From an uncultured Pseudomonadota bacterium (GTDB lineage: Bacteria > Pseudomonadota > Gammaproteobacteria > Steroidobacterales > Steroidobacteraceae): 64,000 bases of DNA. The translations under genes and the position numbers were made by a program. Each line of letters starts with the position of its first letter. Within the stretch, counting starts at the first letter, position 1. Below the pieces are notes generated by a model, which made no database searches, had not been told where the DNA came from, and saw only the letters and a program-made list of their open reading frames with translations. The DNA lies in NCBI GenBank assembly GCA_963839685.1, contig CAWIVS010000002.1, positions 358,859 to 422,858 on the forward strand, given 5' to 3'. This document shows, piece by piece, positions 45,403-53,220 of the stretch.

Positions 45403-45858
45403 CTAAGGTTTCTTTTCGGGAACGAGTTCAGGGCGATGGGCCGCTCGCCATGCGATAACCTCGTCGATCAATCGTTTTGCCTCGGCGATGCAAGCGTCGG
45501 CGGTTGAGTCGTCGACGTCATCGCCCGTGTAGTCAGAGACGTTACGTTGACGACGCAAGGCATCGAGCACCACTACGCGCTTCGACGACAGGCCTAAGGT
45601 CAGTGGCGTGCTTTGCAGCACTGTCATGTGATGTCCAGGCCGATTGGTGTCGGGACGATATCCATGCATCAGCAGCGCCGCGAGTGCGCTTTGCATGATC
45701 GCCTTATAGGCGGCATCGAAGCGCGTTTCCGGGCTTATCTCTTTGACGCGGGCGTCTCGCAAATTGCGCTCGGCGGCGGTGAGCAGCCGCTCGATCTCGT
45801 GACGATCACTCGGATGCTCTTTAAGTTGGCCGATCTTGAGTAAGTTTTGCAAACTCAC
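45403..45858 (-). CDS. HEPN-like domain protein (putative toxin/partner of the upstream nucleotidyltransferase)
   Basis: 151-aa helical ORF with RRQRNVSDYTGD, an R..RN...(H/Y) HEPN-type motif. It overlaps the nucleotidyltransferase gene end by 38 nt. Confidence 0.55.
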   Translation of the reverse strand: MSLQNLLKIGQLKEHPSDRHEIERLLTAAERNLRDARVKEISPETRFDAAYKAIMQSALAALLMHGYRPDTNRPGHHMTVLQSTPLTLGLSSKRVVVLDALRRQRNVSDYTGDDVDDSTADACIAEAKRLIDEVIAWRAAHRPELVPEKKP

Positions 45859-46450
45859 TGGCTTCTCCGATCAAAAGAACCTTCGGCTCTCTTGTCACGC
45901 GCGAGATGAAGCGATCGCCATGGCGGAGCTTGCTCAAGAAGGCCGCCTTGGTCATTACCACCGGGTTCACCTCACGGCCGAGCCTCCGTGTTCCAGCGTG
46001 GCCTGCTTCGACCACAGCGGCGAACGACGCCGACCCCACCACCATCAGGTCAATGTCACTGCCTGGGCGCGCCTTGCCCTCTGCCACGGAACCAAAGACA
46101 AACGCGAAATTGATTTTTTTCGAGAGAGGCTCGAGAAGGTCGCGCAAAACATCGGCGAGACCCGCCGTCTTGCGGAAGATGCCGGCCAACTCTTCATAGA
46201 TTGGGCAGGCGCGGTCGGCTTGGTAGCGAACCTGGTTACCTGACGTCGAACGCGAGAGCAAACCGGCTTCAGTTAAAGACTTGAGTTCCCGATGCAGCGA
46301 ACCGGCGGGCACACCCGTTATCCGCTCAACCTCCCGCACGTAGAAACTTTCGTCTGGCCGGAGCAGCAGTAACCCCAGGATCTGCCGGCGATACGCGCCA
46401 AACAGGACCTCGACCAGCTGAGTAGATGGCTGTGGGCGGCTTGTTCTCAT
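45821..46450 (-). CDS. wHTH + nucleotidyltransferase (MNT-like) protein
   Basis: The start is taken at MRTSRPQ (46450). The N-terminal wHTH is YVREVERITGVPAGSLHRELKSLTEAGLL. The NTase motif is FGSVAEGKARPGSDIDLMVV. Confidence 0.7.
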   Translation of the reverse strand: MRTSRPQPSTQLVEVLFGAYRRQILGLLLLRPDESFYVREVERITGVPAGSLHRELKSLTEAGLLSRSTSGNQVRYQADRACPIYEELAGIFRKTAGLADVLRDLLEPLSKKINFAFVFGSVAEGKARPGSDIDLMVVGSASFAAVVEAGHAGTRRLGREVNPVVMTKAAFLSKLRHGDRFISRVTREPKVLLIGEASEFAKLTQDRPT

Positions 46451-46480
46451 GTTGAGAACTATTGTTGCATAATTGAGAAC
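46443..46480. promoter_or_regulatory. candidate operator: GTTCTCA-TGT-TGAGAAC plus a third TTGAGAAC half-site
   Basis: The inverted repeat at 46443-46459 spans the proposed start codon of the wHTH-NTase gene. A direct repeat of TTGAGAAC lies at 46473-46480. Confidence 0.35.
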
Positions 46481-46670
46481 ACCAGCGCCACTGCTTGTTT
46501 CAATGTTTTCCGAATGGAGTTGCGACATACGGGGCGACAATGCGCGCCGTTTGTTCCAAGCCCAACCGGCAAATCGGGTGCAGGTAGACCGAAACCCGCT
46601 GGCATTCGCGGCGGCGTATTGAAGTCGAAAATCGCGACTTCAAGCCAGTAAGTCGTTGATGAGCAAAGGC

Positions 46671-46699
46671 ACTTGATATCGCAATCCGCGATATCAAGT
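46671..46699. other. perfect 12-bp stem hairpin ACTTGATATCGC-AATCC-GCGATATCAAGT
   Basis: Read directly. It lies in a ~550-bp stretch without a convincing ORF. Confidence 0.8.
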
Positions 46700-47093
46700 T
46701 GTTCGTTGCGACTGAGTGAACTACTCGATCAACAACCCTTGCACCAGTTACAGCTCGTTGCCCCTTGTTAATCTTCCGTACAGCCAAGCCGGGCAATACT
46801 CGCGGCGGCCGTGATCGCGGCGGCGCTGCTGCAGTACACGTCGACGCTGGGGGCGCAGGAGTTATAGGCACACGATTCACGCCACTGCAGCCGCAAACGC
46901 TGCCCTTCCTACAACGCCGGTGTCCAGGGTCGTGAACCGAGGACGGACGGCTGCTGGCGACTGGCGATCCCTCCGCCAGGGAGGTGGGCGCCGGCGTCTG
47001 GCCCACCTCGAGCTTCTTCATCGACATTCCGGGCGCCGTGTACATCAGCGCCAGCCTGGCGCGTGCGGCGTATCTCTATTGAACGCCCGGCCT

Positions 47094-47273
47094 TCAGGTC
47101 TCGTTGACTTCGATGCCTTCTTCGATGTTCTTGTCTTCGTCCATTGGCGTCACCTTGGGTTTGCTCGCGCGTCCGTCGGACTCGGGCGCCTGATCAGGAG
47201 GAATCTTCGGATCCATGGGCTCGCCCGGAATGGTCGTGGGGCCGATCGGTTCAATAGAACGTTTGCGTGGCAT
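47094..47273 (-). CDS. small Pro-rich acidic hypothetical protein
   Basis: AAGGAG RBS before the ATG at 47273. The 59-aa product is MPRKRSIEPIGPTTIPGEPMDPKIPPDQAPESDG.... Its composition resembles the three-copy small ORF. The TATCTCTATTGA motif lies 12 nt past the stop. Confidence 0.4.
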   Translation of the reverse strand: MPRKRSIEPIGPTTIPGEPMDPKIPPDQAPESDGRASKPKVTPMDEDKNIEEGIEVNET

Positions 47274-47417
47274 ACGGCGCTCCTTTACCAAACGCATAGC
47301 GTAGAAGCGCACAGAAGTCAGTTACATCAGCGATGTGCCGATGGTGCACGTAAGTGTGGCGCCAATCTCATGCGATCGCGCAAATACTTCCGCGCCGCGC
47401 GATCTGGCGCCAGGCCT

Positions 47418-48320
47418 CTATGCCTCGTTTTCCTCCAGCACGACACGCGTGCTCACCGCCGTCTTCTTCGGGCGCACGTGGTCGCCCCGCTGCAGGATCG
47501 TAGCGATCGTGAGGCAAGTTCCGAAGAACAGAATCAGCGACGAGTAGTACACCCACAGCAGTATCAGCACCAGCGATCCGGCCGCGCCGTAGGTCGAGGC
47601 AGGTGCCACGTGCGTGAGATACAGCGAGATGAGGTACTTGCCGATCGCGAACAGCAGCGCCGTGATGAACGCGCCGCGCCAGACATCGGCCCATTGGATC
47701 CTCACGTCCGGCAGAACCTTGAACAACATGCCGAACAGCACCGTGGTGACGCCCAACGAAACCGCCAGATCGATCAACACGACGGCGAATCCGGGAATAG
47801 TCACCCACTCCCTGGCGTATTCGATGACGCCGGTGATCCCTAAGCTCACGACGAAGGATGTGAGCATCAGAAAGCCGATGATGAGCACCATGCCCAACGA
47901 CAGCAGGCGCACGGCAATGAACGTGAGCATGCCGTTGCGCGCGGGCCTGGCCTTCACGCCCCAGAACTGGTTGAGCGCGCTTTGCATCTGCGCGAACACC
48001 GTGGTCGCGCCGAAGATGAGTGCCCCGACGCCCAGTATCGTGGGCACGATGCCCGCCTCATCCAGTCGCGAGCGCCGCACGGCCTCTTCGACAGCCGTTG
48101 CGGCTTGCGGTCCGACGAGATCGGAGATCGCGACGGAGATCTGTCCACTCGCAGCGTCATCACCGAACACGATGCCGACGATCGAGACGACGATGATCAC
48201 GAGCGGCGCGAGAGAAAACAGCGTGCAGAATGCCAGTGCAGCCGCATGCTCGAAGGCATCGCGCTCGAGCCAGCGCTGTGCGGCTGTCTTGAAGATCTGG
48301 AGGAGCGTGCGTGGTTGCAT
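47418..48320 (-). CDS. YihY/BrkB family membrane protein (copy 2)
   Basis: Intact 300-aa ORF with AAALAFCTLFSLAPLVIIVVSIVG ... LLWVYYSSLILFFG. Confidence 0.85.
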   Translation of the reverse strand: MQPRTLLQIFKTAAQRWLERDAFEHAAALAFCTLFSLAPLVIIVVSIVGIVFGDDAASGQISVAISDLVGPQAATAVEEAVRRSRLDEAGIVPTILGVGALIFGATTVFAQMQSALNQFWGVKARPARNGMLTFIAVRLLSLGMVLIIGFLMLTSFVVSLGITGVIEYAREWVTIPGFAVVLIDLAVSLGVTTVLFGMLFKVLPDVRIQWADVWRGAFITALLFAIGKYLISLYLTHVAPASTYGAAGSLVLILLWVYYSSLILFFGTCLTIATILQRGDHVRPKKTAVSTRVVLEENEA

Positions 48321-48340
48321 CTCGTGGGATGTTAGCCGGC

Positions 48341-48593
48341 GCAGCGTATCTCTATTGAGCCGCCTTTCGCTGCTGGTTCTCTTTTTCCGGACTCGGCGGG
48401 TCTTTCACCGGCGCCTGCTCTTCCGGCTTCCCGGACGGCGGCGGATCGTTGACCGGCAACTCACCGTGCTCGGTCGTCGTGAGCTCGACCGGCGGGATCG
48501 GGTTGGGAATGCTTTCCATGGTGGGGATGGTACGAGCTGGCACGGCTCTGTTTGATCGGCGCACGGCCCTTTGAACTGTAGGTTCATCCCGCT
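48341..48593 (-). repeat. ~250-bp repeat, copy A (small ORF plus conserved upstream leader)
   Basis: It aligns without gaps in the ORF part to 52926..53178 and 56209..56462. It contains the GAAC-N16-CGTG element at 48562-48586 (minus strand). Confidence 0.85.
48352..48519 (-). CDS. small Pro-rich protein, copy A
   Basis: MESIPNPIPPVELTTTEHGELPVNDPPPSGKPEEQAPVKDPPSPEKENQQRKAAQ. The three copies differ only by substitutions downstream of this ATG. An indel occurs upstream of it, which supports this start. No obvious SD. It lies 31 nt upstream of yihY copy 2. Confidence 0.5.
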   Translation of the reverse strand: MESIPNPIPPVELTTTEHGELPVNDPPPSGKPEEQAPVKDPPSPEKENQQRKAAQ

Positions 48594-48720
48594 CCCGGGA
48601 GACGCTCTCTCACGACGCCACTCCAGTTCGCCCTACCCGCATCCAGCCTGACCAGGAGTATCGAGGCACTTGCCTGGCGACCAGACTGCGCGCCCCTTGG
48701 AATTCACCTGGAAACACATC

Positions 48721-48954
48721 ATGCGTGGTAGTTACTGGTTCACTCTCGTCCTGCTGGTCATCGGCGGGCTCAATTGGCTGCTGATCGGCGCGTTCGACTT
48801 CAATCTGGTCGCGGCGATCTTCGGCGACATGACCCCGGCCGCTCGGGTCGTGTACGTGCTCGTCGGCCTGTCCGCCATCTGGGTGCTGATCACCTCGCTG
48901 CGGCTGCGGCAAACGACGCCGACGTATCGCGAGTCGACGAACTCGATTCGTTGA
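48721..48954 (+). CDS. DUF378 small membrane protein
   Basis: MRGSYWFTLVLLVIGGLNWLLIGAFDFNLVAAIFG ... is a typical DUF378 pattern. Confidence 0.7.
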   Translation: MRGSYWFTLVLLVIGGLNWLLIGAFDFNLVAAIFGDMTPAARVVYVLVGLSAIWVLITSLRLRQTTPTYRESTNSIR

Positions 48955-48960
48955 GGAGAA

Positions 48961-48990
48961 AGCCCCGACGCCCAGCGCCGGGGCTTTTCT
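48961..48990 (+). terminator. Rho-independent terminator
   Basis: AGCCCCG (48961-48967) pairs with CGGGGCT (48979-48985), followed by TTTTCT. It starts 7 nt after the DUF378 stop. Confidence 0.8.
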
Positions 48991-49102
48991 GGAACCCGAT
49001 GCTGGTGCCGACCCACTAACGTGCCGAAGCCCGCAACGGACGCATCAGCCAACGATCGTTGTGACCAATGCCGTACTCGGCGCGCGACTCCTGCGGCATT
49101 CG

Positions 49103-49471
49103 TCAGGCGACGATCCGGCAGGGAATCCAGGTGTCTTCGTTCACTTCATAGACAGCGCACAGCCGGTGATATCCATCGGCCACAACGACCTTGCCGTGTC
49201 TTTTGTCTCTCACCAGCAAGATCGGCGATAGCAGCTTGCCCGCTCTGATCTTCTTGCGATACCCGACAACGCGCAGATTGCTCACGCCGAGCCTCGATAG
49301 TTGGGAGGCACGAAAGATGTCTTTCGCCTTGAAGCGCGCAGGTTTTGCACGTCGCAGCGCGGCGACGAGCCGCGCGCTTTCCGCCGGCGAATAGATCAGG
49401 GAGAGGTACGACAACGACGCGTCGAAGTCGTCCTCCTCAATGTTCCTGTGCCATTTGGGTTGTTTTCGCAT
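49103..49471 (-). CDS. ParB/Srx-fold nuclease-like domain protein (orphan)
   Basis: 122-aa ORF with SPILLVRDKRHGKVVVADGYHRLCA, a ParB N-terminal domain DGxHR-type motif. GC is locally lower. Confidence 0.55.
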   Translation of the reverse strand: MRKQPKWHRNIEEDDFDASLSYLSLIYSPAESARLVAALRRAKPARFKAKDIFRASQLSRLGVSNLRVVGYRKKIRAGKLLSPILLVRDKRHGKVVVADGYHRLCAVYEVNEDTWIPCRIVA

Positions 49472-49515
49472 GTGACGATTCTACTGCGGCGGCGGCGGAA
49501 TCCACCCGTTCCCAC

Positions 49516-51192
49516 TTACGGCGCGGGATCCGCCGCCGTCCTTGCGGCGCTCACTCCCGGCGCAGGCTGCAGTCGGTTGTCACCCGCCACGTTGACCAGC
49601 GCGCCGGCCATGACCTCGTCGCGGCTCGCGGAATCTACAGTCGCCACGTGCCAGAACTCGCCCTGCACGCGCTCGACATCAATGTCGAGCAACACGTAGC
49701 CGCGCTTGTGAAGCTCGACGTATTTCATGTGCGGGCAACCGCCGCGATAGGACGCGGCCCTTTGCGCCGCCTCGACCGGATCGGCAGCGCCGGGTGAGCT
49801 CACCGCTGGCGTAACGAACTCCACGCCGATCACGCCTTTTCCGGTTTGCGGGTTGTAGCTCCTCGAATCCCAGGGGTCCCAAGTGAGCTCGTTGCCCCAG
49901 GAGGAGTGAATGTCGCCCGTCATCACGACCACGTTATCGACCTCGCGCCCGCGAATCGTGTGGTACAGACGTTCGAGCGCCGCGCGATAGCCGCTCCACT
50001 GATCCACGCTGTTGAAGGTCCGCCCATAGTCGCGCGACAGCGGCGCCATCATCACCTGCTGGCCTAACAACCGCCACGTGGCACCGCGCGACTGCGACGC
50101 GGACAGCTGCGCGGCGAGCCAGGCTTCCTGGTCGAAGCCGAGCAGCGTGCGTCTCGGGTCATTGATCACCGGGTCATTTGCCGGGTAGCCCGCGCTCGGG
50201 CCCAGCGGCGCTACGGGCGAGTGCTGTGCACGCCCGTGGACGCGCGTGTCGAGCATCAGCAAATCCGCCAGGTCACCGAAGCGGAATTGCCGGTAAATCC
50301 GCTGCTCCGGTCGCCAGGCGACTTCCCGGATGGGCATCCACTCGAAGTAGGCGCGGATTGCGGCTTGCTTGCGCAGCGCGTAATCGCCTTCACCCAGGTC
50401 CGGGTTGTGGTTCTCGGCGCCGTCCTTCCAGGCATTGTTCGTGAATTCGTGGTCGTCCCAGACGCAGATGAAGGGATGCTGGCGATGCGCTTCCTGCAGG
50501 TCCGCGTCCCCCTTGTACTGCGCATGGCGCTGCCGGTAGTCCGCAAGCGTGACGATCTCCTTGTCCGGCGTTGGCACCCGGCCGAGCGCCGTCCCATCAC
50601 CGTAGGTTCCATTGGCGTGCTCATAGATGTAGTCACCCAGGTGCAGCACGCAGTCGAGATCCGTACGCTGCGCGATCAACGCGTAGACATTGAAAAGTCC
50701 GTAAGGCAGGTTCGAACAGGACGCCACCGCCAGGCGCGCGCCATCGACACCGCCCTGCGGCAACGTGCGCGTGCGCCCCACCGGCGAACGCTCCCCACGC
50801 GCGGCGAACTGGTAGTAATAGGTGTGGCCGGGCGCAAGGCCGCTCACATCCACCTTGACCGTAAAGTCCCGCGTGATGTCGGTGCGCACTCTTCCCGAGG
50901 CGACGACGCGACGCATGCCCGGATCGCGCGCCACCGTCCAGCGCACGTCTTCATACAGGTTCGGCGTCGTGACGCGGCTCCAGAGAATCACCCGATCCTG
51001 CAGCGGATCGCCGCTCGCCACGCCATGCTGGAACGACTCACCGTGTCGGGCGCCGTAGGCCCGTTGCACGGAGCTGGCGGCCGCGACTGCCAGGGTGGCA
51101 CTGACGAAATGGCGGCGCGTGATGGGGGTAGGCACGACACGCCTAGTATGTGACAGTGGCGGCCATGATTGCGCCGTGCTCGGTGAAGGCAA
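49516..51192 (-). CDS. phoD: alkaline phosphatase PhoD family, Tat-exported
   Basis: Intact ORF. The Tat motif is TRRHFVSATLAVAAASS. The metallophosphatase core is ICVWDDHEFTNNAW. The true start is probably downstream of 51192, because the first codons overlap an ORF6N fragment. Confidence 0.85.
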   Translation of the reverse strand: MPSPSTAQSWPPLSHTRRVVPTPITRRHFVSATLAVAAASSVQRAYGARHGESFQHGVASGDPLQDRVILWSRVTTPNLYEDVRWTVARDPGMRRVVASGRVRTDITRDFTVKVDVSGLAPGHTYYYQFAARGERSPVGRTRTLPQGGVDGARLAVASCSNLPYGLFNVYALIAQRTDLDCVLHLGDYIYEHANGTYGDGTALGRVPTPDKEIVTLADYRQRHAQYKGDADLQEAHRQHPFICVWDDHEFTNNAWKDGAENHNPDLGEGDYALRKQAAIRAYFEWMPIREVAWRPEQRIYRQFRFGDLADLLMLDTRVHGRAQHSPVAPLGPSAGYPANDPVINDPRRTLLGFDQEAWLAAQLSASQSRGATWRLLGQQVMMAPLSRDYGRTFNSVDQWSGYRAALERLYHTIRGREVDNVVVMTGDIHSSWGNELTWDPWDSRSYNPQTGKGVIGVEFVTPAVSSPGAADPVEAAQRAASYRGGCPHMKYVELHKRGYVLLDIDVERVQGEFWHVATVDSASRDEVMAGALVNVAGDNRLQPAPGVSAARTAADPAP

Positions 51193-51193
51193 G
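51146..51193 (-). pseudogene. internal fragment of an ORF6N gene
   Basis: The minus strand reads LAFTEHGAIMAATVTY*. The DNA gccatgattgcgccgtgctc is identical to 34016-34035 of the full-length copy. Confidence 0.55.
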
Positions 51194-51277
51194 CAGTAAT
51201 CTTCGTGCCGGGACTCTACCTACTCCGCTTTCCTGTGATCTAGAAGGCAGCGGACGATGCCCGTTGGTCCCGGAAGA

Positions 51278-51727
51278 TTACTGTCGCTGCTTTCCCGTCC
51301 CCATGAGCCCGAGTATCGCCTCATAGACTTGATCAAATTGCTTGCGGGTATCCGCATCGAGTGCGGCAATGGAGCGCTCCAAGGTGTCGAGCCGACGCGC
51401 CACTGCGGCGTTGGAGGCGAGCGCCTGCCGCAGCTTTACGAAGGCGCGAACTACATACACGCTCATCTGCGCCGCGCGAGGACTATTGAGGATGGTGGCC
51501 GCCATGATGGCCCCGTGCTCCGTGAAAGCCACCGGTCGGTATTTTCTATGGGTGCCGCGACCCGTGTTTAAGGTCGCAAATTGCGACCTTAAAGCTGCAA
51601 CTTCTTGATTCGAAAGCTCAAGTAGAAAGTCGGCCGGAAATCTATCGGCATTGCGGCGAACCTGTTCGTTCAAGCGCCTCCACGATCGTCGGAGTTGATC
51701 GATAGGGAGCCGCCACCGCCGGATCAC
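51278..51727 (-). CDS. ORF6N domain protein, N-terminally shortened copy
   Basis: 149-aa ORF, about 70-80 percent similar by eye to 33793..34305 from NEQVRRNA onward. It lacks the first ~35 residues. Its start abuts the amidohydrolase stop. Confidence 0.65.
   Translation of the reverse strand: MIRRWRLPIDQLRRSWRRLNEQVRRNADRFPADFLLELSNQEVAALRSQFATLNTGRGTHRKYRPVAFTEHGAIMAATILNSPRAAQMSVYVVRAFVKLRQALASNAAVARRLDTLERSIAALDADTRKQFDQVYEAILGLMGTGKQRQ
51567..51593. other. 13-1-13 perfect inverted repeat inside ORF6N copy 2
   Basis: TTTAAGGTCGCAA A TTGCGACCTTAAA. It sits at the same codon positions (LRSQFATLN) as the hairpin in copy 1. Confidence 0.75.
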
Positions 51728-52581
51728 TTGTCCGTGACCGCGTTGCCGCCCAGCACGCGGCGCGCGTTTCCGCTCATGATGCCGGCCTTCTCCTCGGCGG
51801 TCAGATCCAGCTTCTCGAGCGCCTCGACCATGCGTTTGAGCGAGATCTGCGGGTAGTCCGAACCCAGCATCACGTGGTCGATGCCCACGTTGCGCAGCGT
51901 CCAGGTGAATTCCGCTTCGATCGGCGAGTCCGCGGCGAGCAGCACGGTGCCGGAGATGTCGAAGTTGACGTTGTTCAGCGCGAAGCCATCCGCCGTGCGT
52001 GCCAGCGCCAGGATGTTCCAGAAGCGGAAGTTCGCGCCGCCCATGTGCGCGAAGATGAAGCGCGTCTTCGGCGCGTTCACCGCGAGGTTGAAGAGGTCCT
52101 GGCAGTCGCCCGGCACGATGCCGGCGTTGTCGATGAGCACGGCCATGCCGAGGTCGCCGGCCTTCGATACCAGCGTGAGCACGCGGGGGTCGGAGATGGC
52201 AAAGCGCTGCGTGTGCGGGTGGATCTTCAGCACCTTGACGCCGCGTGCGGCCACGCGCGCCAGTTCATCAAGTGCCACCTGGCCGTCGTAGGGGTGGACG
52301 GTGGCGATGGGGACCACTTCCGGATGCTTCGCGGCGAGCGCGAGCAAGCGGTCGTTGCCGGTGCGGATGCTGGCCGGATTGCCGGCCAGGGCCTGGTTCG
52401 GGCCGCCGAACCACATCACGCCGATGGAGGAGAGCTGGATGCCCGATTCGCGGACTTCGGTCTTGTACTTGAGCAGCGAGGTCTCGTAGTCGCGCAGGTG
52501 CACGTGCATGTCGAACACGGGCTCGGCGGCGAAGGCGCGTGTAGCGAGCAGCAAGGCGGCGTAGATCAGGAATTTTTTCAT
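51724..52581 (-). CDS. secreted amidohydrolase (TIM-barrel metal hydrolase) family protein
   Basis: Start is MKKFLIYAALLLATRAFA at 52581 (signal peptide). The metal site begins FDMHVHLRD. The ORF is intact. Confidence 0.75.
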   Translation of the reverse strand: MKKFLIYAALLLATRAFAAEPVFDMHVHLRDYETSLLKYKTEVRESGIQLSSIGVMWFGGPNQALAGNPASIRTGNDRLLALAAKHPEVVPIATVHPYDGQVALDELARVAARGVKVLKIHPHTQRFAISDPRVLTLVSKAGDLGMAVLIDNAGIVPGDCQDLFNLAVNAPKTRFIFAHMGGANFRFWNILALARTADGFALNNVNFDISGTVLLAADSPIEAEFTWTLRNVGIDHVMLGSDYPQISLKRMVEALEKLDLTAEEKAGIMSGNARRVLGGNAVTDK

Positions 52582-52789
52582 CGCGGTCTCGGCAGCAGGG
52601 TTGCGGCGCGGCGGTTTTTCCGCGCCGCGCACTTTACAACACGAGCCAGTTCTTCTTCAGCCTGTGGTTGTGTCGCTTTGCGCCTGGAGTCCCGTCTGCT
52701 TTTCAACATGACGGCGCTAACGGTGACCGAGGCGAATGCGGGGGAAAGGGTGTGGCGGCGCCCATGTAGCCTCGGCGCCCGCCTCATGC

Positions 52790-52895
52790 AGATCGCAAAG
52801 CGGGCGAAGAACGTTCCAGCTGGAACGTCAGCGACCGAGACGTCGCCGATGCGTTCGGGGGCCTGCCTGCATGGCGTTCGGCACGACCACTGCGA
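52790..52895 (+). pseudogene. remnant of an HNH 3' end / yaeQ 5' junction
   Basis: It contains the 32-nt string identical to 36089-36120, including the 18-bp palindrome (52811-52828). It reads ...KNVPAGTSA.... A yaeQ-start-like gcctgcATGGCGTTCGGCACGAC follows (compare gctagcATGGCGCTCGGCGCGAC at 36128). Confidence 0.5.
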
Positions 52896-52925
52896 TCGGA
52901 CGAATGACGGCGCCAGCGCGTTGCC

Positions 52926-53178
52926 GCAGCGTATCTCTATTGAGGCGCCTTCCGCTTCTCGTGCTCTTTCTCCGGACTCGGCGGGTCTTTCACCGGCGCC
53001 TGCTCGTCCGGCTTCCCGGACGGCGGCGGATCATTGACCGGCAGCTCGCCGTGCTCGGTGCCCGTCAGCTCGACGGGTGATATCAGGTTGGGAATGTTTT
53101 CCATGGCGGGGATGGTACGAGCTTGCACGGCTCTGCTTGATCGGATCACGGCACCTTGAGCTGTAGGTTCATCCCGCT
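52926..53178 (-). repeat. ~250-bp repeat, copy B
   Basis: Near-identical to copy C. The similarity continues to ~53230 into a 3' piece of the GNAT gene (RDLGSRMGET). The GAAC-N16-CGTG element is at 53147-53171. Confidence 0.85.
52937..53104 (-). CDS. small Pro-rich protein, copy B
   Basis: MENIPNLISPVELTGTEHGELPVNDPPPSGKPDEQAPVKDPPSPEKEHEKRKAPQ. Confidence 0.5.
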   Translation of the reverse strand: MENIPNLISPVELTGTEHGELPVNDPPPSGKPDEQAPVKDPPSPEKEHEKRKAPQ

Positions 53179-53220
53179 ACGGTCGTGGCCGTCTCGCCCA
53201 TGCGCGATCCGAGATCGCGC

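Noticed and set aside
46500-47045. The 181-aa minus-strand ORF in the spacer after the nucleotidyltransferase gene.
   Set aside because: Its composition is Arg/Pro/Ser/Cys-rich, it has no RBS and no motif, and it overlaps plus-strand gene scraps.
48528-48546. Sigma-54-like TGGCAC-N5-TG(C/T)T on the plus strand inside the three-copy repeat (also ~53120 and ~56407).
   Set aside because: The GG-to-GC spacing is one nt short of the TGGCAC-N5-TTGC consensus. Copy B has TTGCAC instead of TGGCAC. The orientation points away from the small ORF.
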